A stretch of DNA of 64,000 bases, from positions 70,827-134,826 of the forward strand of contig JAUQXK010000127.1 of assembly GCA_030834695.1 (NCBI GenBank), given 5' to 3'. The notes beneath the pieces were generated by a model that did not search any database, was not told the origin of the DNA, and saw only the letters and a program-made list of their open reading frames with translations. The position numbers and the translations under genes are program-made. Source of the stretch: Desulfobacterales bacterium (lineage in GTDB: Bacteria; Desulfobacterota; Desulfobacteria; Desulfobacterales; SpSt-501). Below are positions 58,289-64,000 of this stretch, piece after piece. The stretch's first letter is position 1; each line of letters starts with the position of its first letter.

Positions 58289-58816
58289 TCAACCCGCCGC
58301 TGCGATTCCGCACAGAGCGCTCAGGGTGCCGAGACACATGCCGGCCATCACGTCGGTCGGGTAGTGGACTCCCAGGTAAATGCGCGCCACTCCCACAGCC
58401 AGCGCCCACGAACCAACGACCGGGGAAAGATAGGGGTAGCAGTTGCCGATGAGGGTGGCGACCAGAAAAGCGGCCGCCGTGTGCCCGGAAGGGAAGCTGA
58501 ATCGGTCGCTGGGCTTCACCCGGCCTTGAACACCGGCCAGGGTTTCACAGGGCCGATCGCGTTTCACGAACTGTTTGACGGTTTTGTAGACGGGCAGCTC
58601 GATCGCAAAAGCCACAGCCGCCGCCGTCCAAAACGAGCGGCCGACCGCCGGATCCACGGCCAGCAGCACCATCGCCACCAACGGATAGAGGAAGCCGTCG
58701 GCGGTCCTGGAAATTCGCGGCATGGCGGCCGTCATCAGCCGTTGGCCGTGCAGGTCGAAGATCGCGCTCAGCCATACAACATCCCAACGCGTGATTCGAG
58801 CGACGAGGGTTCGCAT
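58289..58816 (-). CDS. PAP2-family lipid phosphatase
   Basis: KxxxxxxRP (KQFVKRDRP), PSGH (SFPSGHTA) and SRxxxxxHxxxD (ARIYLGVHYPTD) motifs. Confidence 0.85.
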   Translation of the reverse strand: MRTLVARITRWDVVWLSAIFDLHGQRLMTAAMPRISRTADGFLYPLVAMVLLAVDPAVGRSFWTAAAVAFAIELPVYKTVKQFVKRDRPCETLAGVQGRVKPSDRFSFPSGHTAAAFLVATLIGNCYPYLSPVVGSWALAVGVARIYLGVHYPTDVMAGMCLGTLSALCGIAAAG

Positions 58817-58866
58817 AGGCGACTCCTTATTGGATCGGAGTCTATCCCCTCCCGGTTAAGACCGGA

Positions 58867-60735
58867 TTAGGTCCCGGTTTTTTTCCTGCTAGCGGCGAGG
58901 GGCAGCGTCATCAGGGGATGGCCGGCGGCTCGTAGGATCTGAGTCGGCGCGGGGAGCACCCGGAGCTTATCGGATGTCACGCCTTTTTGCTCGAGGTCGC
59001 GCTGAACGTCAATCGATGGAACATAAACCGCATCCACCTGGTTGTAGAACCACACCAGGTACTTCCAGCTGAGGTCCTCGATCAACCCATCCCGGGTAAG
59101 GACCCGAGCCAGGCACGCCATGGCATCGGAATAGCTGGCCTCGACGGGGAGCTTCAGCGAGCGCGCGATTAAAAGACCGGCCAGGCCGGTCGGGCCGGCG
59201 CTGGCCAGATGAAGCCGGCGAATGTCGTTCTTGAAGCAGTGATCGAACATCTCAAGAACCGGCGGGTAGACCAGGCGCTGCCCCGGCAGGTCGCTGAACT
59301 CATAAACGCCGATCGGTGTGAAGGCATGCACACCGGGATGGCCGGCGGGATCGCAGGTGAGGATGACGCCATTTTCGAGGTTCGAGACCGCTGAAGAAAA
59401 ACCGATCGCGCTCCGGCCCTCTTCAAGCGTGTCGGCAAAAATGGCGCAGGCGGTGTTCGATTCGACGCCGGGTGTCTGGCTCAGTTGCGATTGGACCGCA
59501 CGGGAGAGCTGACGCTGTGCACGGTGGTGAGCGAACCCAACGAAGTAGGGGGCCAGCAGCGTGCACAACCCTCCGGCGGAGCCGATGGTGTGAAAGATGC
59601 TGAAGAGATTCGCTCCGGAAAAATGGCCGATGAGATGGTCGGCGAACCCCAGCAACATCCGGTTGGACATCTTGTTGATGAAGTGGAACCATCGTTCCTC
59701 CAGGCGCTGGGATAGGCGATCCCCCTTCCGGGGCAGCTCGAACAGTTCGGGTTCTTCTTCGATCAGCCGGGCGGACTCCTTCTTGAGCAGGTCCACCAGC
59801 GGCCCGGGGATGCTGCCTTTGATTTTCCGCAGGCGCCGGTACTGCCATAAAAAATGCAGACGGGAAAACAGTCCGCTGTCCTCCTCGCTCGTGCAGCGCA
59901 GGCTGCGATCGACATAGCGCAGGAGGAAATCCTGAGGGACCTGCGGCCCCAGGCTCAGCTTGTGCCGGTAGAACTGGTAGGCGATGCTGTAGAGGTTGTG
60001 GGCAAGCGCCTGGGGAGACGAGGGCCTCTGGATGGTTTCTGCGCGGCCGGCCTCGATCCCGTCCAGAAATCCGTCGACCGAGCCGGCGTCCGGTACTCGG
60101 GTATAGTTGCGCGCGATGCTGAGGGAGCTGTGGTCGTCGGATCCGCCGATGAAGTGCTTGATCCAGCTCTCCGGCCAGAGCGGGGCCAGGCGCTGCTGGT
60201 TCGCCAAGCGATCAATATCACCTGGGGTCAGGCGTTTGAGAATGTTCTCCAGACAGCGGTTGCTCTCGGCGTCGCTGTCGCCGTTCAATTCGAAGATGCG
60301 GAAGAGCAGCAGCAGTTTTTCAAAATGCTGCGGTGTCAGGCGGTCATTGACGGCATAGAACGGGTGAGCGAGCGCGCAGGTGATGGCGGCCTGCTGCAGG
60401 TAGCCGACCAGGTCATAAATACTGGCTCGCAGCTTCTGGATGTCGACATGCTGAGTCTCGGTGATGCGATAGACGAGTACGTGAACCTTGCAGCCGTCCT
60501 CCGGGAAATAGGAAGTGACCTCCTCGCTGATGAAGGTCCCCGGCAAATGCGCGATTTCTAATGCGCCGTCGATTTTGTTGTGGTCCGTGATCGTGACCAG
60601 CGTCATCCCCCGCCGCCGGGCGATATGGTAGACATGCAGCGGCTCGGTAAAGCTCTCCGGGCAGCCGATTTTCTGTAGAAACCACTGAGACGGACGAGTG
60701 GAATACCTTGAGTGTACGTGCAGGTCTGCTTTCAT
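58867..60735 (-). CDS. PHP-domain phosphoesterase fused to an N-terminal half of a GT4-like glycosyltransferase
   Basis: MKADLHVHSRYS...ITDHN PHP metal-binding motifs. C-terminal AGPTGLAGLLIARSLKLPV...KLRVLP resembles a Glyco_transf_4 subdomain, and the protein ends where the catalytic C-half normally starts. Confidence 0.7.
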   Translation of the reverse strand: MKADLHVHSRYSTRPSQWFLQKIGCPESFTEPLHVYHIARRRGMTLVTITDHNKIDGALEIAHLPGTFISEEVTSYFPEDGCKVHVLVYRITETQHVDIQKLRASIYDLVGYLQQAAITCALAHPFYAVNDRLTPQHFEKLLLLFRIFELNGDSDAESNRCLENILKRLTPGDIDRLANQQRLAPLWPESWIKHFIGGSDDHSSLSIARNYTRVPDAGSVDGFLDGIEAGRAETIQRPSSPQALAHNLYSIAYQFYRHKLSLGPQVPQDFLLRYVDRSLRCTSEEDSGLFSRLHFLWQYRRLRKIKGSIPGPLVDLLKKESARLIEEEPELFELPRKGDRLSQRLEERWFHFINKMSNRMLLGFADHLIGHFSGANLFSIFHTIGSAGGLCTLLAPYFVGFAHHRAQRQLSRAVQSQLSQTPGVESNTACAIFADTLEEGRSAIGFSSAVSNLENGVILTCDPAGHPGVHAFTPIGVYEFSDLPGQRLVYPPVLEMFDHCFKNDIRRLHLASAGPTGLAGLLIARSLKLPVEASYSDAMACLARVLTRDGLIEDLSWKYLVWFYNQVDAVYVPSIDVQRDLEQKGVTSDKLRVLPAPTQILRAAGHPLMTLPLAASRKKTGT

Positions 60736-60784
60736 CGGCTTTTCGCATCCATTGGTATGAGTTGGGGGATCGGCCCGCTCGTGC

Positions 60785-62647
60785 TTAACCCGCCTCGGAT
60801 TCATCCACAGAGACACCATGCGTGGTGGCCCCGGCTCCGTGGTAGGATAGAAACGTCGCGGCGCCGGCAACGCCCATATAGCGCTGGAGGGTCTTCACAT
60901 CGGTTTGAGTCAGATCCACCACGATCAGCCCATCCATCACGCGGCCGAAGGTTCGGTCGATGTTGAACGCCAGAAGCTGCCCACCGAGGTTCAGGTAGTG
61001 GCGCAGCAAGACCGGAACGTCGCGTTGTTTGAATTCGACATCCGCAATGACCGAGCACATCTCCTTGAAATCCTGAAAACAGCTGGGGGGCGGGCTGTGA
61101 CCGCACCCCCGCACCCGAACCGGCCGGAAATTCGCCGGATGTCGCGGTCGGACCATCACGGCGAGGTCTTTGGCTTGGCTGTGCTGCAGCAACGTGGTGG
61201 CGATCAGGTGGCGCGAAAGGTCGCTGTAATCGCGGCTGATGCTGACCGGTCCGAAGAGCATGCGGTAGCGGGGATGGCGGGCGATGAAGGCCCCGATCCC
61301 CTTCCACAGCAGCAGCAACGGTGAATAGGAACGCTGGTATTCCGGGCGCACGAACGAACGCCCCATTTCCAGGGCCGGGCCGAGCCGGCGGAAAAACTCC
61401 ATGCGGCTGTCGAAAAGGGTGCTCGAATAAAGTCCGCTGCGGCCGTGGCGTTCGATGATCCGGTCGGTGGCGCCGACGCGATAGGCGCCGACGATTTCAG
61501 CCGCCTCCGCATTCCAGATGAAAAGATGCCGGTAATGCGCGTCGAACCGGTCCAGGTCCAGGGGTTTGCCGGTGCCCTCGCTGGCCGCACGGAAGGTGAG
61601 CTCCCGCAGACGTCCGATCTCCTGCATGACGAGCGGGATCTGCTCCGCGGTCGCCTGCCAGACCGACTGGACGCCGCTTTGAGCGAGGCATTGGTCGGTC
61701 GGCAGCTGCTCGATTTCTCGACGGCAGGCGTTGGTCTCCGGCGGCGTCGCCAGGGGGCGAGTTTTTCGGAAGACGGCGATGGCCGCCGGCGTGGACCCCC
61801 GTTTTTCCCGCCGGGTCGGGTGGCCCAGAAGATAGGTTCGCCAGCGCAGGTACGCCATTAAATCCTCGTCGCCGGCATAACGCTGAAGCCAACGGAATGG
61901 GATCAGGCGGCCGATGTCGACCGGAACCGTGCGGCCGCGCATGCCCATGAGCTGCCGAGCCAGCAGCGCCGTGCGCAGCCGGGGATGAATGAGCCCGGCC
62001 GCCTGAAAGCCGGGGCCGTTGTGCCCCCGGAAGAACACCGGCAGGACCGGCGCGGCGGTGCGGCGGATGAGCCGGCCGATGGTGGGGCTCCAGGGCGGAT
62101 CGGCCACCTCAAGCGGAGACATTTTTAAATGCGAAACCTCTCCGGCCGGAAAGACGAGCAGCATGCCGCCGCTTCTGAGCCAGTGCAGGGCCTCCCGCAT
62201 GGGGCCGATATTGGTACGAGCCGACCCGCTGCGGTTGAACGGATCGACCGGGATGGTCAGATCGCGCAATTGTGGAATCCGGTTCAGAAGAAGGTTCGCC
62301 ACGATTTTCACATCCGGCCGGTGGCTCAGGAGGATGTCCGCCATGATGACGCCTTCAATTCCGCCGAACGGATGATTGCCGACGACGACGGCCGCGCCCT
62401 TCTTGGGGATATTCTCCAAATCCTCCGGTTTGACCTGCGGCCGGACATCCATTTGACGCAGAGCTTCATGCATGAACGCATGCGCGCTGCCGTGCGCCTG
62501 GATCCGATCGTACAATGCCGCGCATTGCCGCAGGCCGAGGAGATGTTCCAGCGGACCGGCCACGATCTCGAAAATCTTGCGGTGCTCCTTTGGCACCGCT
62601 TTTGGAACGATTGAAAAAATAGGGTCCTCGAAAAACGCTTCTTCCAT
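60785..62647 (-). CDS. bifunctional PlsC-like O-acyltransferase + OlsB-like GNAT N-acyltransferase (OlsF-type aminolipid synthase architecture)
   Basis: N-terminal half VVGNHPFGGIEG...FPAGEVSH. C-terminal half LRELTFRAASEGTGKPLDLDRFDAHYRHLFIW...IVGAYRV. Start taken at MEEAFFEDP (GGGAGGGG RBS). Confidence 0.75.
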   Translation of the reverse strand: MEEAFFEDPIFSIVPKAVPKEHRKIFEIVAGPLEHLLGLRQCAALYDRIQAHGSAHAFMHEALRQMDVRPQVKPEDLENIPKKGAAVVVGNHPFGGIEGVIMADILLSHRPDVKIVANLLLNRIPQLRDLTIPVDPFNRSGSARTNIGPMREALHWLRSGGMLLVFPAGEVSHLKMSPLEVADPPWSPTIGRLIRRTAAPVLPVFFRGHNGPGFQAAGLIHPRLRTALLARQLMGMRGRTVPVDIGRLIPFRWLQRYAGDEDLMAYLRWRTYLLGHPTRREKRGSTPAAIAVFRKTRPLATPPETNACRREIEQLPTDQCLAQSGVQSVWQATAEQIPLVMQEIGRLRELTFRAASEGTGKPLDLDRFDAHYRHLFIWNAEAAEIVGAYRVGATDRIIERHGRSGLYSSTLFDSRMEFFRRLGPALEMGRSFVRPEYQRSYSPLLLLWKGIGAFIARHPRYRMLFGPVSISRDYSDLSRHLIATTLLQHSQAKDLAVMVRPRHPANFRPVRVRGCGHSPPPSCFQDFKEMCSVIADVEFKQRDVPVLLRHYLNLGGQLLAFNIDRTFGRVMDGLIVVDLTQTDVKTLQRYMGVAGAATFLSYHGAGATTHGVSVDESEAG

Positions 62648-62722
62648 AGCCCCTCCCGGTTTTATCGGTGCCGTACGAAGCTCTTGTTGCCGGTTTAAAA
62701 ACGCTCCGATCATAAGGTCGGC

Positions 62723-62746
62723 GATTTAGGCGGGGATTAGAGAACC
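62723..62746 (-). promoter_or_regulatory. Pho-box-like direct repeat CTCTAATCCCCGCCTAAATC followed by TATGAT
   Basis: CTAATC and CTAAAT 11 bp apart on the minus strand. A TATGAT -10-like hexamer lies 9 nt downstream. About 80 nt upstream of the proposed olsF-like start. Confidence 0.4.
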
Positions 62747-62831
62747 GCTAAAAATGAGTGAATCCAGCACGGGTCAAGGAGGAAGCGGCAGCGCTTCCTG
62801 CCAACCGGGCAAACGATCCCCTCATCCGAAA

Positions 62832-62848
62832 CTAACCCGGCTCAAACC
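62832..62848 (+). promoter_or_regulatory. weaker Pho-box-like repeat CTAACCCGGCTCAAACC
   Basis: CTAACC and CAAACC 11 bp apart, oriented toward the LysE-like and MGDG-synthase-like genes. Confidence 0.3.
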
Positions 62849-62957
62849 TGGGCGCGATAGGCATAAACGAAGCCGCTCGCCTATTTTTCCGCCGATCGTC
62901 CCTCTTTTATAGAGGTGGACTCGGGGGATATTGAAATCGACGCCCCTGGAAGGATAG

Positions 62958-63587
62958 ATGGAAATCGCTTTCTGCTTGAAAGGAATCGCCGTAGGATTCG
63001 TGTTGTGCGCCCCGCTGGGCCCGGTCGGCGTTCTCTGTCTCCAGCGGACCATGGCTGCCGGCCGCCTGGCCGGATTCTTCTCAATCTTGGGCGCGGCCGT
63101 GGTCGACGGATTCTACGGGATGGTGGCCGGGTTCGGCATAAGCGTCATCGGAACCCTTCTGGATGAGGGTCGATTCTGGTTCCAGCTTTTCGGAGGGATG
63201 GTTCTGGTGGTGATGGGCATCCGGCTTTGCATGGCCGCGCCCGCATCCTGCCCTTCTCGGAACCATGGCAGAAGCCTGCTGGATGCGTTCCTTTCGACGG
63301 CCGCTCTGATGCTCTCGAACCCATTTCCGATCCTGGTCATCAGCGCCGCCCTGTCGGCCTTCACCGCCGGCGGACTCGGGAGCGGTATTGCGGATATTCC
63401 GCTGTTTGCGCTCGGTTTGTTCCTGGGCTCGTTGCTGTGGTCACCGCTCCTGGTGGGTGCGTCGTCCTGGGTCGGTCGCATGATTCAGCCGCATCACCTG
63501 AGGCTGATCAGCCGGGCCTGCGGAGCTGCCATGGTCTGCTGCGGGCTCCTGCTGGGTGCTGCGTCGCTGGCGGTTGCTTCGATGTAG
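62958..63587 (+). CDS. LysE/RhtB-family amino-acid exporter
   Basis: 209 aa with 5-6 TM helices. N-terminal GFVLCAPLGPVGVLCL pattern. Confidence 0.75.
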   Translation: MEIAFCLKGIAVGFVLCAPLGPVGVLCLQRTMAAGRLAGFFSILGAAVVDGFYGMVAGFGISVIGTLLDEGRFWFQLFGGMVLVVMGIRLCMAAPASCPSRNHGRSLLDAFLSTAALMLSNPFPILVISAALSAFTAGGLGSGIADIPLFALGLFLGSLLWSPLLVGASSWVGRMIQPHHLRLISRACGAAMVCCGLLLGAASLAVASM

Positions 63588-63660
63588 GCCCGATGGACCA
63601 CCTTTCGAACGTGTGCTATTTTATCGAAATCGATCGCATCGAGAAAAAAGGCCGGTATCC

Positions 63661-64000
63661 ATGGCGAAGGGTCGTCCAGCCAAAATTCTGATTCTATCCG
63701 CCTCCGTGGGCGGAGGCCATCTGCGGGCGGCCGAAGCCATGGAACTGGCGTTGCGGCAAACCGCCCCGGACGCTGCGATCCGCAACATCGACGTCCTGAC
63801 CCTGGCGAACAAGGCCTTTCGGCGCATCTACGGCAAAGGCTACCTGGACGTCGCCAGCCGCGCCCCGCATTTCCTCGGCTACGTCTATGATCTGCTCGAC
63901 CGCCCCAGGGAGAAGGATGGCGAATTCGAGCCCGACCGCCTGCGGGTTGCCCTGGAAAAGCTGAACATGCAGCCGTTTCTCAGGCTGCTGAAATCGGAGC
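63661..64000 (+). CDS. MGDG-synthase-family (GT28) diacylglycerol glycosyltransferase, N-terminal part (truncated by the window end)
   Basis: MAKGRPAKILILSASVGGGHLRAAEAMELAL... is the typical N-terminus of processive/monoglycosyl-DAG synthases. The frame stays open to 64000. Confidence 0.7.
   Translation, partial: MAKGRPAKILILSASVGGGHLRAAEAMELALRQTAPDAAIRNIDVLTLANKAFRRIYGKGYLDVASRAPHFLGYVYDLLDRPREKDGEFEPDRLRVALEKLNMQPFLRLLKSE

Overview
A 64-kb chromosomal segment from a GC-rich anaerobe. I infer Desulfobacterota (deltaproteobacteria) from a tetraheme cytochrome c3, CooC- and FdhD-type maturases, a selenoprotein candidate, and the VIPAKAGIQ-type intergenic repeats typical of that group. I call about 58 protein genes and found no rRNA, tRNA, CRISPR array, transposase or phage gene. 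Many long ORFs in the track are antisense shadows of real genes caused by high GC. Layout: 0-9.3 kb holds secreted and membrane proteins, a VWA protein, an OmpR-type two-component pair and cytochrome c3. 9.3-11.3 kb holds a WYL regulator facing a two-gene cassette, one gene of which falls below the ORF-track cutoff. 11.4-18 kb holds housekeeping genes (cutA, cysS, sodC, ubiB-like, acyl-CoA dehydrogenase). 18-25 kb is a protein acyl-lysine modification cluster (HDAC, CBS-ACT, PrmA, sirtuin, ASKHA ATPase, GNAT, isochorismatase). 28.5-36.2 kb is a cell-envelope cluster: uppP, a zinc-ribbon/pseudokinase/TM/trypsin-like protease/TPR giant, an L,D-transpeptidase and a MepK-like peptidase. 37-42.2 kb is the conserved rplU-rpmA-obg-proB-proA-nadD-rsfS operon. 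43.3-45.1 kb holds an ArsR regulator plus a permease with an in-frame TGA. 45.4-64 kb holds phoBR, pstCA-S-B, cfa, a rifampin-phosphotransferase-like PEP-utilising enzyme, and an operon for phosphorus-free lipids (OlsF-like, PHP-GT fusion, PAP2, glycosyltransferases). The most interesting signals are four. First, the candidate selenocysteine permease. Second, a phased CTAAC direct-repeat motif (11-bp period) in front of six transcription units around phoBR/pst, which links the lipid operon and the PEP-utilising enzyme into one putative Pho regulon. Third, the pseudokinase-protease fusion. Fourth, three families of structured intergenic repeats, all in one orientation, two pairs of which bracket regulator genes. 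All functional calls come from motif recognition by eye; no database search was possible.
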